IMG/VR virus record: IMGVR_UViG_3300032053_000045
Location: 1 to 64,000 of that record
DNA: 64,000 nucleotides
Source: a virus
Reading direction: 5' to 3' (one strand)
The position numbers and the translations under genes are program-made. The notes beneath the pieces were generated by a model. The model searched no databases and was not told where the DNA came from. It saw only the letters and a program-made list of their open reading frames with translations. Within the stretch, counting starts at the first letter, position 1. Every line of letters begins with the position of its first letter. Shown here one piece after another: positions 1 to 9,658 of the stretch.

Positions 1-131
1 GGGGCTTCGGGTTTGTGGACATTGATTCAGAAGATGCGAGTAAGGCAATTACAGCATTAAATGAGTCCGATTTCGGTGGACGAAAATTAACGGTTAATGA
101 GGCCCGTCCCCGTGCTGAAATGGTTAGATAA
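1..131 (+). CDS. RRM (RNP-1) RNA-binding protein, 3' part only
   Basis: Frame starting at nt 3 reads GFGFVDIDSEDASKAITALNESDFGGRKLTVNEARPRAEMVR*. This has the RNP-1 motif and the typical C-terminus of bacterial single-RRM proteins. Not in the ORF track. Confidence 0.85.
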   Translation, partial: GFGFVDIDSEDASKAITALNESDFGGRKLTVNEARPRAEMVR

Positions 132-196
132 ACTATCAGATCTCAACAGCATTAATCCGCTGTTGATTTAAGATATTTTTTAAAGGAGTAAAGTAT

Positions 197-439
197 ATGT
201 GCAAAGAAGAAGTGATCATCATCACCAAGAAAAATTGCGAGAAATGCATCATCGCCAAAGAGCTTGGCGAGAAGCTCAAAGACAAATATAAAGTCAAATA
301 TCTCGACATCGAGTCCATCGACGGATTAACAGAATTTTCGTTTTACAATGGAAAATATCCACCAATGATTATTTATAACGGCAAGGCGTATAATAGTGTT
401 TTACTCGCGGAGAAAATTTTGTTAAATGAATCAGCATGA
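197..439 (+). CDS. glutaredoxin/NrdH-like redoxin
   Basis: 80 aa, N-terminal CEKC, later PP-hydrophobic-NGK motif, AAGGAG RBS. Confidence 0.65.
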   Translation: MCKEEVIIITKKNCEKCIIAKELGEKLKDKYKVKYLDIESIDGLTEFSFYNGKYPPMIIYNGKAYNSVLLAEKILLNESA

Positions 440-623
440 TCTCGTCTGGAATAATAACACCAAACTTTTTGATATAATATTTTTCTCTGCGAAATTTCCC
501 AAAGGAAAAATAATCAAGTCTATTTCAAAATCACTTATTGCTGAATTAGCTTTATCATCTAATGAAATAATTATAGAGGAAAAAATAAATAATGGTACTG
601 AGAACAAATCAATTGATAAATGA
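426..623 (+). CDS. hypothetical protein
   Basis: ORF packed between neighbours. Confidence 0.4.
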   Translation: MNQHDLVWNNNTKLFDIIFFSAKFPKGKIIKSISKSLIAELALSSNEIIIEEKINNGTENKSIDK

Positions 624-635
624 GAGGAATTTATA

Positions 636-1694
636 ATGCCGAGTGGTATTTATATTAGAACAAAACAACATAATGAAAATTTAAGTAAAGCAAAAAAAGG
701 TAAACCTACTTGGAATAAAGGTTTAACCAAAGAGATTGATGAGCGAGTAAAGAAGTTAAGCATTAATAGAAAAGGAATAAAGTTTACTGAAGAACATAAA
801 AAAAATATAAGTTTAGGTCATAAAGATAAATCCTGGGAACAAATAATGAATTCTAAAGAAAAAGCGGAAGAACGTAAAAAGAGGCAAAGTAAAATAACTA
901 AAGGTGAAAATAATCCCTTTTATAATAAGAAACATACAGAAAAATCTAGAAAACAAATGAGTGAAGCTAGTAAGGGCAAAAAGAAAAAACCTTTTACAGA
1001 AGAACACTGTAAAAATATAGGTAAAGCTCAAAAAGGTAAAAAGAAAAAACCTTTTACAAAAGAAGCTAAAAAAAATATGAGAGAAGCTGCTAATCGACCA
1101 GAGGTCAAAAGAAAACAAATTGAATTTAGAAAAGACAAATCTTATGAAGAAATTTTTGGGAGTGAAGAAAAAGCTCAAAAAGTTAAAGAAAAACAGAGTA
1201 AATCACATAAAGGTAAACATTCCGGAACACATATAGAAAGATATGGTGAAGAAAGAGCTAAAGAAATAAGTGAGAAAATTAGTATTATCAGAAGGGATAA
1301 AACTTGGGAAGAAATTTTAGGTTCAAAAGAAAAAGCTGATGAGCGAAAAAGAAAGCAAAGTGAAAGACAAATGGGAGAAAAAAATTGGAATTGGCGAGGC
1401 GGAATTGGATTAGAGCCTTATGGTCCAGAATTTAACAACACTTTAAAACAGGAAATCTTCGAAAGAGATCATGGTATCTGTCGGGTCTGTAAACTAAATA
1501 AAGAACAACTTCAGTTTCTTTTCAAAAGAGATAAATGGATTTTTCATGTTCATCATATTGATTATAACAAGAAAAATAACAAAGAAGAAAATTTAATTAA
1601 TCTTTGTATTAAATGTCATTTAGTAACTAATGGTAATAGAGATTATTGGGAAAATTATTTTAGTATCAGACAAATTGGAGCGTTAGCGTGTTAA
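636..1694 (+). CDS. free-standing HNH homing endonuclease with NUMOD3-like repeats
   Basis: Basic repeats (HTEKSRKQMS, FTEEHCKNIG) and C-terminal RD..CRVC..HVHHID..N..NLINLCIKCH. Confidence 0.85.
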   Translation: MPSGIYIRTKQHNENLSKAKKGKPTWNKGLTKEIDERVKKLSINRKGIKFTEEHKKNISLGHKDKSWEQIMNSKEKAEERKKRQSKITKGENNPFYNKKHTEKSRKQMSEASKGKKKKPFTEEHCKNIGKAQKGKKKKPFTKEAKKNMREAANRPEVKRKQIEFRKDKSYEEIFGSEEKAQKVKEKQSKSHKGKHSGTHIERYGEERAKEISEKISIIRRDKTWEEILGSKEKADERKRKQSERQMGEKNWNWRGGIGLEPYGPEFNNTLKQEIFERDHGICRVCKLNKEQLQFLFKRDKWIFHVHHIDYNKKNNKEENLINLCIKCHLVTNGNRDYWENYFSIRQIGALAC

Positions 1695-4543
1695 AAACAA
1701 TCAGTCAATCGAAAAACCCAATTCAGAAAGCGATAGTAATTCGCAAGAAAATTGCTGACATTGATAATATTCGTCCAAATTTTTCTGTAAATAGAGATCT
1801 TAAAGCTTCAAAAATTGGTAACATCAAACACGACATTCAGGACAACGGCGAAATTAAACCCCTCTTTGTGGATGATAATGGTTTAATCGACGGTCATCAT
1901 CGCTATGCAGCCCTTCTTGAGCTTGGTAAAAAGAAAGTTCCTGTCTATGAATTGAAAGGAAATCTTGGGAAATTACCTAAGAGTGTTCAAGATAAAATTG
2001 CTGATAAATACAATATTAATTCAGAGTCTCTTGCGGTTGCAAATTCTCGGGACGTAAATAAATCTTTAGAAAATTTCCATCAAAAAGCAGAAATAAAACT
2101 TAGAGACGGTAATTATAGATATATAAACGGCTTTATTGAACTCGGTCAAGCTCAAGAAGAAGCTAAATATTTCCAGGACAAAACAGTAATTATAGAAGGA
2201 ATCGATGATGATAGCAGAGTGGTTTTTGGGCTGTATAAGAAAGATGAGCCTTTAGAGAAATCTAAGCAATCTCGTCACGATCGTATGTCTAAATTAGGAA
2301 AACCATTTCAAGCCGGTAGTGGGCTTAAAAAAGAAGGTCCTAACTATTATCAAGGAAAAGCAACAGTAGATGTTGATGGCAAAGATGAGGTGCTAAATGC
2401 TCAAGTTTCAAAGCAAAGTTTTCCTGGAAAAAGTTGGTATTTTCTTATAGATAAAGTGGCAGATAAAGCTGACGAACTTTATTCAACAAAAATAGAAGCA
2501 TTCCAAGCATTGGAGGAAGCGGTTAAATTAGGTTTTTACTATTATCCAAAATTAGGATATGTTCTCAATGATAGCAAAGGTGTCAAAAAAGAACAACCTT
2601 TGGAGAAAATATCTACTTTATTTCATGTCACTCCGCGGAAGAACTTAGAGAGAATTATGGTAAATGGTATTCAACCTCAAAAGAAATCTCTTACTCATGG
2701 GGCATTTGGTCAGGACATTCGCACCGACAAAAATAAAGTTTATTTATTTTCTTCTTTTGATGACGCAGCAAGATGGGCTCATAGAGTGGAATGGGATACA
2801 AAAGAACCCGTAGTTATTCTGAGAGTGAAAGATAATAAAAATAACTACACAGAAGACAAACATTTTGAAGCGGGAATGGGTAAAGGCAAATGGTTAATGA
2901 GTGATGCAATAGATCCCAGTAAAATAGATTTTAGAGATGTCATTCATTTTGATTCTAAAACTTTTGGTCCTTTGCTTGTTCAAACAAATGATCCAAATAA
3001 ACATCTTCTTCCTGATGGGACTATTATTGAGAAATCAAAACAGTCCAAACATATGAGAGTGAGATCAGGAAAACCGTATTTTGCCGGCGAAGGAAGTAAG
3101 AAATCAGGTAAATTTAAAGAGGGAGATTCTGTAATATACAAGTTTAGAGAGAATGAACCTGGAGAAAAAGTAATTGTTGTAGATGGACCAGAGAAAATAT
3201 CTGATATTTTTCATCAGAAAAATGCTATTGGTTATAAGATAAAATTACAGAATAAAAAATCTATATGGGTTGATGAAGATAAATTAAGTAAAGGTAAACC
3301 TTTTCAAGCTGGGAAAAGAGGTGTATTCGATGCTCCCATTTTAAGCAAAATTCCTTATAAAGACTCTACAATATATACAAAACAAACAGGGAAAGATGCT
3401 TTTTGGGTTCATGTAAGAAAGACAGCAGGAAAAGGTTATGCCAGTCTTGGTGGAGGATTCAAAACAGAAGATGCCGCTATTGAAACAGCGAAGAAGTTTA
3501 TTGATTCATTCAAAAAACTCGAAGTTAAAAATAAAAGAATTGAACTTGAAAATAAAATTATTCAAAGAGTTGGGAATATAAGTCATGAAGAATTAGAGCA
3601 ATATGATGATAAACAATTATCTAAAATAGCAGAAAATTATGAAATTGGAACAAAAATTAATTGGGATTTAAAATCTACTGGATTTGATTTTTATGATGCT
3701 TTATTAGGTGATAAGCCATATAAAGGTGGGGGAGATTATAAAAATCTTAGAGAATATTATGCGGCCCAAAAAGGTATTAAAGGCGAAATTGTTAAAATGT
3801 CTCCAGATGAATATATGCAGAGGGTTGCAGAGATTCAAAAAATTCCTTTAAAAGAAACATTAGACATGATTGAGCCTAAATTATCGGATGAGTATTTTGA
3901 TAAAATGTCTCAAGGAGCTAAGTTTAATATTCCTTTCTTGGATTATTCAACTGAAAAAGCATCTCAAGAAGGAAGACATAGAGTAATGGCGGCTAAGAAA
4001 TTAGGAGCGAAAGAAATTCCAGTGTTAATAGTTGAAAAAGTTTCACAAGAAGATTTTGAAAAATCTCTCTATGACAGACTAAAACAAGGTACCCCGACAG
4101 AAGAAGATAAAAATAAAATGTCTCAAGTCGGTCACGCAATTGATAGACAGAAAAGAGCTAAACAGAAACAGCACCAGAGAATCAGTAAATTAGGAGTTCC
4201 TTTTCGGGCCGGCGAAGGTGAAAGAGAAGTAAATTTAAAGAAACATTTGAAATTACTTCTAATTAAAAATCTACGTCGTTACCGAGATGCAAAAGAAGTA
4301 GTTGGAGAACACGTTAGCAAAATAATTAAGAAGTTAAAATCTACTAATGAAGTAAAACCCATTCTTGTAGATAAAGAAAATGGAATGGTTGATGGAAGAC
4401 ATAGATTAGCTGCATTAAAGGAATTGGGATTCAAGAAGATTCCTGCTTATTATTTTGATCAAGATCTTTATTTTGATAAAGAAAGCTATATTATTCACGC
4501 TTATAATGATTCTAAAGAAAGAATAAGTTTAGACAAATTATAG
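1688..4543 (+). CDS. large multidomain (polyvalent-type) protein: three ParB/Srx-like domains plus an ART/Tpt1-like domain
   Basis: DGHHR, EGRHR and DGRHR motifs; LFHVT..N..I..GI.P..VYLFS segment; repeated HxRxSKLGKPFQAG linkers. Confidence 0.6.
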   Translation: MLKTISQSKNPIQKAIVIRKKIADIDNIRPNFSVNRDLKASKIGNIKHDIQDNGEIKPLFVDDNGLIDGHHRYAALLELGKKKVPVYELKGNLGKLPKSVQDKIADKYNINSESLAVANSRDVNKSLENFHQKAEIKLRDGNYRYINGFIELGQAQEEAKYFQDKTVIIEGIDDDSRVVFGLYKKDEPLEKSKQSRHDRMSKLGKPFQAGSGLKKEGPNYYQGKATVDVDGKDEVLNAQVSKQSFPGKSWYFLIDKVADKADELYSTKIEAFQALEEAVKLGFYYYPKLGYVLNDSKGVKKEQPLEKISTLFHVTPRKNLERIMVNGIQPQKKSLTHGAFGQDIRTDKNKVYLFSSFDDAARWAHRVEWDTKEPVVILRVKDNKNNYTEDKHFEAGMGKGKWLMSDAIDPSKIDFRDVIHFDSKTFGPLLVQTNDPNKHLLPDGTIIEKSKQSKHMRVRSGKPYFAGEGSKKSGKFKEGDSVIYKFRENEPGEKVIVVDGPEKISDIFHQKNAIGYKIKLQNKKSIWVDEDKLSKGKPFQAGKRGVFDAPILSKIPYKDSTIYTKQTGKDAFWVHVRKTAGKGYASLGGGFKTEDAAIETAKKFIDSFKKLEVKNKRIELENKIIQRVGNISHEELEQYDDKQLSKIAENYEIGTKINWDLKSTGFDFYDALLGDKPYKGGGDYKNLREYYAAQKGIKGEIVKMSPDEYMQRVAEIQKIPLKETLDMIEPKLSDEYFDKMSQGAKFNIPFLDYSTEKASQEGRHRVMAAKKLGAKEIPVLIVEKVSQEDFEKSLYDRLKQGTPTEEDKNKMSQVGHAIDRQKRAKQKQHQRISKLGVPFRAGEGEREVNLKKHLKLLLIKNLRRYRDAKEVVGEHVSKIIKKLKSTNEVKPILVDKENGMVDGRHRLAALKELGFKKIPAYYFDQDLYFDKESYIIHAYNDSKERISLDKL

Positions 4544-4565
4544 TTATTGACATCAAAACTACCTA

Positions 4566-4594
4566 TGTACATTCACCGAGATATATGTTATAAT
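4566..4594 (+). promoter_or_regulatory. sigma70-type promoter with extended -10
   Basis: TGTACA-17nt-TATAAT with TG extension upstream of ORF 4647. Confidence 0.5.
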
Positions 4595-4646
4595 ATACAT
4601 ATAGATCAGAAGGTCGAGTTTAGAAGAACATAGGAGGTCGAGATAC

Positions 4647-6080
4647 ATGCAGGTGAAGAATTGGTTTGATGTTGACAGAGAAGGTCTCAAGTCTCTACAG
4701 GACGGAAAGCCTAAATCATGGATTGCCAGAGAATTGATCCAAAATGCTTGGGACGAGAATATTAGTTTCTGTAAGGTCGAGATTCATCAGAAAAACAGTT
4801 TCTGTTTTCTAAGTGTTGAGGATGATAATCCGGATGGCTTCAAAGACCTAACCTGCGCTTTTACTTTATTCAAAAACACAGACAAAAGGAAAAATCCTAA
4901 TCAAAGAGGCAGATTCAATCTTGGAGAGAAGCAGGCTTTTTCACGGTGCACGAGAGCAACAATCCAAACAACCAAAGGAACTATTGTTTTTGATAATATT
5001 GGTCGAAGTACAAAGAGAGCAGTAAGAGATCATGGAAGTAAAGTCGAAGCTCAGTTCAAATGTTCAAGGGAAGAATGTGACAAAATAATTGCCGAGATTA
5101 AATCTTATCTTCCTCCATCTAATTTCAAATTTCTGATCAATGACGAAAAAATTTCTTCTCAATTACCTGTTGATAAATTTAACACGGCTCTTGTAACTGA
5201 GCTTGAAGAGAATGGGATATTCAAGAGGACTCTAAGAAAGACCGATGTTTATTTGTATAAATCTACTAAACCATTTATCTATGAAATGGGAATACCGGTT
5301 CAAGAAATTCCAGAATCAAAATATTCAATCGATGTTCAGCAAAAAATTCCATTAGGAGTAGACAGAGAAACTGTTCTCCCTTCTTTCTTAAGAGACTTAT
5401 ATGCCGAAGTTTTAAATCAGACCTTCAATGAAGTTAAGGAAGAAGAAAGTTCGCAGGTGTGGATTAGACAGGCTTTTACTTCTAAGAGAATCGAAAAAGT
5501 CGCGGTAAAAGAAATTGTCGAATCAAGATATGGAGATAAAGTAGTTATTGCAAATCCACGTGACCCTATTGCTAATGATGATGCCATTGCAAACGGCTAC
5601 AGAGTAATTCGCGGAGCAGAACTTTCGAAAGAAGAATGGAATACAATTAAAGAAGTTGGAGATAATTGTATTAAATCAAGTACTAAATTATTTGGAAAAA
5701 CTCCGACTAATAATTATGATATTATTTCTGAAGATAAATTAACCGCTGGACATAAATATTTTAGGAAAATCTCCCAAAAAATTGCTAAAGAATTTCTTAA
5801 TGTTACTTTAAGTATGTCTTTCATAAAATCAAAAGAGAATCTTCCCGCAGCAAGTTATGGGAAATGGTCACAAGGTAATAGATGTATGACAGTTAATTTG
5901 TCTAAGTTGAAAAATGATTTCTTCAAAGAAAAAATTACTACTCAAATGCTTGATTTAATTATTCACGAAATCTGTCACGAAAAAGGAATGCACACAGAAG
6001 AATCATATCACAGAGCAATAACAAAACTCGGAGCTGAACTAACTCTTAGAGCAATTGAAGATTCCAAATGGTTTAATTAA
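4647..6080 (+). CDS. GHKL (HATPase_c) ATPase fused to C-terminal HExxH zincin-like domain
   Basis: RELIQNAWD, VEDDNPDGF and RGRFNLGEK GHKL boxes; HEICH near the C-terminus; GGAGG RBS. Confidence 0.7.
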   Translation: MQVKNWFDVDREGLKSLQDGKPKSWIARELIQNAWDENISFCKVEIHQKNSFCFLSVEDDNPDGFKDLTCAFTLFKNTDKRKNPNQRGRFNLGEKQAFSRCTRATIQTTKGTIVFDNIGRSTKRAVRDHGSKVEAQFKCSREECDKIIAEIKSYLPPSNFKFLINDEKISSQLPVDKFNTALVTELEENGIFKRTLRKTDVYLYKSTKPFIYEMGIPVQEIPESKYSIDVQQKIPLGVDRETVLPSFLRDLYAEVLNQTFNEVKEEESSQVWIRQAFTSKRIEKVAVKEIVESRYGDKVVIANPRDPIANDDAIANGYRVIRGAELSKEEWNTIKEVGDNCIKSSTKLFGKTPTNNYDIISEDKLTAGHKYFRKISQKIAKEFLNVTLSMSFIKSKENLPAASYGKWSQGNRCMTVNLSKLKNDFFKEKITTQMLDLIIHEICHEKGMHTEESYHRAITKLGAELTLRAIEDSKWFN

Positions 6081-6091
6081 AGGAGAATAAA

Positions 6092-6757
6092 ATGACAGTC
6101 AATTCATTTACAGTAAATGATAATGAGTTTGAGAAAGCTGAAAAAAAGAAACCTGTTCAACATCAGAGAACAAGTAAAACAGGAAAAGTTTTTCCTGCTG
6201 GAAAAGGAGCTCAAAAGGAACCCGTATTCAAACCAGTCCAATTTGAACTAGATGTCGTTGATGATCCGAAAAAATTGGCTGATAAAGTATTAAAAAAATT
6301 CGGTCCTAAATATGTTAAAATTTCAGGAATTGTTACGGGTGATAATCAAAATACTATTAAATTCAAAGCTAAAAATGAAGAAACGGCTAACAAAATAATA
6401 AATCAATTATATGGTCCTGAAGACAGTAGCAGAGAAAGCAATAAATTTTATATTTATGGAGATGAAGGAGAAGATTTTGAAGTAAGAAAGAAGCCCGCTC
6501 AACATGAACGTCATCTTTCTTCAGGCAAAATTGTTACAGCCGGACGTGGAAATAAATTAGATCTTGGAAAAGTTGGAGAGAAAACAAAAACAGAAACAAT
6601 TGATATCACTCCTACCTGGAATGGGCTATATCCAATATTTTGTGAATGGATCGATAGAGGTTCTTCCAAACAAAAACAACTACTTAAAGATGAGTTAAAA
6701 AAATTAGTTAAAATTGCTGACGAACATAATCGTATTTTTGGGAAAAAGAAGAAATAA
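6092..6757 (+). CDS. hypothetical protein with two HxR..GK..AG motifs (putative head-packaged protein)
   Basis: KKPVQHQRTSKTGKVFPAG and KKPAQHERHLSSGKIVTAG; RBS present. Confidence 0.6.
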   Translation: MTVNSFTVNDNEFEKAEKKKPVQHQRTSKTGKVFPAGKGAQKEPVFKPVQFELDVVDDPKKLADKVLKKFGPKYVKISGIVTGDNQNTIKFKAKNEETANKIINQLYGPEDSSRESNKFYIYGDEGEDFEVRKKPAQHERHLSSGKIVTAGRGNKLDLGKVGEKTKTETIDITPTWNGLYPIFCEWIDRGSSKQKQLLKDELKKLVKIADEHNRIFGKKKK

Positions 6758-7162
6758 ATGACCATTAAAATTATAGAGAAAAGTTTAATAAAATCTCGTA
6801 AGAAACCCACTGGCCATAAAGCATTCACTCGGATGACACCTACAGGGAAACTTGCTCAAATCCCGCAGAAAGGAATTGTTAATCCCAAAATAACATTTCA
6901 TAATCCTAAAGAGACTGGACATCATGATAATATTGCTATAAAAAGAATCACAGTTAACGGAAAGCCGGCTGACGTAACATATTATGAAGATCCAAAAAAT
7001 CCAGAAAATTATGGCGTTGAATTTTATATGGGTGAAAATTATATAGTTGATTCAAACGACAAATCATGGTCCAGAGTTTATAAGCAATTAAAAGGATTAC
7101 CAAAAGGATTAGAAAGTCACGTTGAAGAATTGAAAGAAGCTCATAAGAAAAAATACGGTTAA
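6758..7162 (+). CDS. hypothetical protein with GHKAFxRMTxxGK motif
   Basis: N-terminus MTIKIIEKS is shared with ORF 25525. Confidence 0.6.
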   Translation: MTIKIIEKSLIKSRKKPTGHKAFTRMTPTGKLAQIPQKGIVNPKITFHNPKETGHHDNIAIKRITVNGKPADVTYYEDPKNPENYGVEFYMGENYIVDSNDKSWSRVYKQLKGLPKGLESHVEELKEAHKKKYG

Positions 7163-7282
7163 TATCACCTAATACTAAGTAGTTAATGCGCCCCCAGTGA
7201 CCTCTCGGCCTCTCCCGGTGGTGTTCGTTTAAGAAAGATGATAGATTCTATTAGTCAACGTTAAATTCTCTCAGAGTGACAG

Positions 7283-7311
7283 TTTACTTTTCAATAAATT
7301 CATATTATAAT
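7283..7311 (+). promoter_or_regulatory. sigma70-type promoter
   Basis: TTTACT-17nt-TATAAT upstream of mini-NrdD and the tRNA. Confidence 0.55.
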
Positions 7312-7337
7312 GATCATATGATTAAAAGGAGATCATA

Positions 7338-7526
7338 ATGGAAAAAAATTCTGAGGTTGGTTGTCCACGCTGCAAAAGTAAAAATGTAAACTTTGTGAGT
7401 AGAATCACCGGATATTATTCCGTTGTGAAAAACTGGTCAAATTCTAAGGTCCAGGAATTAAAAGCGAGGGAAAACGGCGACTATTCCCTTTCTGTTAAAG
7501 ATACCTCCGAAGATTTGTCTAAGTAA
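7338..7526 (+). CDS. stand-alone NrdD C-terminal (glycyl-radical) domain protein
   Basis: CPRC..SRITGYY..W..SK..ELKAR matches the class III RNR C-terminus; 62 aa with AAGGAG RBS. Confidence 0.75.
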   Translation: MEKNSEVGCPRCKSKNVNFVSRITGYYSVVKNWSNSKVQELKARENGDYSLSVKDTSEDLSK

Positions 7527-7544
7527 TTTTTATTTCAGTTTTAT

Positions 7545-7618
7545 CGCAGGGTGGAGCAGTTTGGCAGCTCGTTGGGCTCATAACTCAAAGGTCCCTGGTT
7601 CAAATCCAGGCCCTGCTA
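7545..7618 (+). tRNA. tRNA-Met(CAT), initiator-like
   Basis: Acceptor CGCAGGG/CCCTGCT with C1:U72 mismatch, anticodon loop CT-CAT-AA, T-arm CCTGG-TTCAAAT-CCAGG; CCA not encoded. Confidence 0.93.
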
Positions 7619-7861
7619 TAAAAATATTATCTTCTTAGCTTCTTAGGGAATGTGAGAATTGAGTTACTTCAAAAAATAATGAACTTCAATTCATATCAAT
7701 TGGATAAAAATACTCAATTCATTTTTCTTCCCTTAGAAAAACTAACTTAACCACAAAGTTTGTTTCTTGAATCAATTAGCTTATTTTCTACAAAGCCCGC
7801 CGTACAAATTACCAGTTAAAAATCAACGCTCTTTGCTGGTGAGAGTAAAAGGAGAAAAATT

Positions 7862-8704
7862 ATGGTTTACAGGAGTGGGTTTTGTGCGAATATCAAGGTT
7901 GACGGGAAGATAATTGACGATGAAAATGGAACTGTGGCATTGCCTTTTGGAAAAGAATACGCTATTCGAGTCAAGAATAAAAACACGAGGGACGGGGTAG
8001 CGCAGATATATATTGATGGAAGAAATGTCACAGAAAAAGGGGATCTCATCGTGCATTCGGGGGACATAGTTGAGATAGAGAGGTATGTAGAGAATCTGAA
8101 CAATGGAAGAAAATTCAAATTTGTCAGTTTAGATGATGTTAATAGTAGTGAAAGAGATAATCCCAAAAACGGAATAATTGAAATTAGATTTCGTTTGACA
8201 AAAGAACCGGTTGAAAGGATTATTTATCATCACCCAATTGTAGAACATTACTACTATCCGAGAAAAATTATTCACTGGAATGAATATCCCTATTATGATC
8301 CTCCATGGACTCCAAATAATTGGGGAACAATTACTAAAGGGACTATAGATGGAATAACTACTACGGAAACAGGAAACATAAATGCGTTTTACTGTTCTAA
8401 TTCAAGTAGTACTACTTTGAACAATCCATCAATTTCCTGTTCCAATTCCTGTTCCAATGTATCTGATGTATTCGACGGAAAAACTGTTGAAGGATCTTAT
8501 TCAGGACAAAGGTTTAATTATTCATTTATTGGAACATTGGAGGAAAAAGAGACAATCATCCGGTTGAAGATTGTAGGATATGACGAGAAAGGATTAAATG
8601 AAATGACTCGTAAAGCTACCGGAGGAAAGTATTGTGGTCAGTGTGGTAAAATGATTGCTGGTGATTCAAAGTTTTGTGATGAATGTGGAGTTAGATTGAT
8701 TTAA
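7862..8704 (+). CDS. hypothetical protein with C-terminal zinc ribbon
   Basis: YCGQCG..FCDECG; RBS. Confidence 0.65.
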   Translation: MVYRSGFCANIKVDGKIIDDENGTVALPFGKEYAIRVKNKNTRDGVAQIYIDGRNVTEKGDLIVHSGDIVEIERYVENLNNGRKFKFVSLDDVNSSERDNPKNGIIEIRFRLTKEPVERIIYHHPIVEHYYYPRKIIHWNEYPYYDPPWTPNNWGTITKGTIDGITTTETGNINAFYCSNSSSTTLNNPSISCSNSCSNVSDVFDGKTVEGSYSGQRFNYSFIGTLEEKETIIRLKIVGYDEKGLNEMTRKATGGKYCGQCGKMIAGDSKFCDECGVRLI

Positions 8705-8769
8705 GGAATTTATAAAAGTACGGCGGGTTTTGTATAAAAAAGAGCGTGTTGAAAAAGAGGTAAAGTAAA

Positions 8770-8931
8770 ATGAAAAATGATGATGACGTTGATATTATTG
8801 ACGGACTAAAATTTGATTCAGATAAGATGCCTCTTTCCGAATGGGTTGACAAAGTCATCAAACAGATTAAAGTAGATGTCGACAGAATTTTGAAAAGTAA
8901 AAAAGACACAGAAATCAAAGAGGTGAAGTAG
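8770..8931 (+). CDS. small hypothetical protein (53 aa)
   Basis: GAGGT RBS; abuts the next ORF; below the ORF-track cutoff. Confidence 0.45.
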   Translation: MKNDDDVDIIDGLKFDSDKMPLSEWVDKVIKQIKVDVDRILKSKKDTEIKEVK

Positions 8932-9137
8932 TGAGAAACTACAAACAATATTTTCTTGAAGCAATCGAAGAATATTATGAGATAATGAAAGAGGCGAGTC
9001 CTAATTCTACTTTTGTTCAAAGCTACAGTGATAAAAACAAACTTGAAAGTGGATTGTATTGCTTAGATCGAAATAGTCTAAATATAATTGTTTTTATGAA
9101 ATTTTCTGAGGATTTTTTGAAAGAATTGAAAAAGTAA
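8931..9137 (+). CDS. hypothetical protein
   Basis: GAGGTG RBS, GTG start. Confidence 0.5.
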   Translation: MRNYKQYFLEAIEEYYEIMKEASPNSTFVQSYSDKNKLESGLYCLDRNSLNIIVFMKFSEDFLKELKK

Positions 9138-9175
9138 TCATTAAAAGTCTCTTAATTTATTAAGGAGGCTGAAAA

Positions 9176-9352
9176 ATGAAAACAGAATTGTGTAAATATT
9201 ATATTTTTCATGGAGCTGATGATGAAGGAGAATACGTTAGTTGTGTCTTAGAGGAAAATCCCGTGGCAATGTGTAATTGTAAAGGAGATCTCAATCTCTG
9301 TAGAAATCAGGCTAAGTTTGAGGAGGTAACCAGTGAACTTGGAGCTACGTAG
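9176..9352 (+). CDS. small Cys-rich hypothetical protein (58 aa)
   Basis: AAGGAGG RBS; MKTELCKY..C..CNC..C. Confidence 0.5.
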   Translation: MKTELCKYYIFHGADDEGEYVSCVLEENPVAMCNCKGDLNLCRNQAKFEEVTSELGAT

Positions 9353-9656
9353 TACAGACGAAATAGACACTACTCTATTTTCTGACTTAATTAAAAAATG
9401 CAAGGAAAAGTATATAAATGAATTTTTCTTTTTTGTAGTAAGCAAGGAAGTCACCAAGAAATTAATTGATATTGGAAGTTATGGTGATGAAGAAATCGAT
9501 TATGAGTCATCTATGAAATATGATTATCTTAGTTCACAGATGCTAAAAACAGATTTGTATTATTGTATAAAATTTCTTGGTATAAATGTTTTGGTTGACA
9601 AAAAATTAGAAGGTTTAACAATTAAAACATATACTACTATTCTCAAAGAGGTTTAG
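9333..9656 (+). CDS. hypothetical protein
   Basis: GGAGGT RBS. Confidence 0.5.
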   Translation: MNLELRSTDEIDTTLFSDLIKKCKEKYINEFFFFVVSKEVTKKLIDIGSYGDEEIDYESSMKYDYLSSQMLKTDLYYCIKFLGINVLVDKKLEGLTIKTYTTILKEV

Positions 9657-9658
9657 AA

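Noticed and set aside
636-1694. HNH proteins as IscB/OMEGA RNA-guided nucleases
   Set aside because: No PLMP or RuvC motifs; the architecture is NUMOD-type homing endonuclease.
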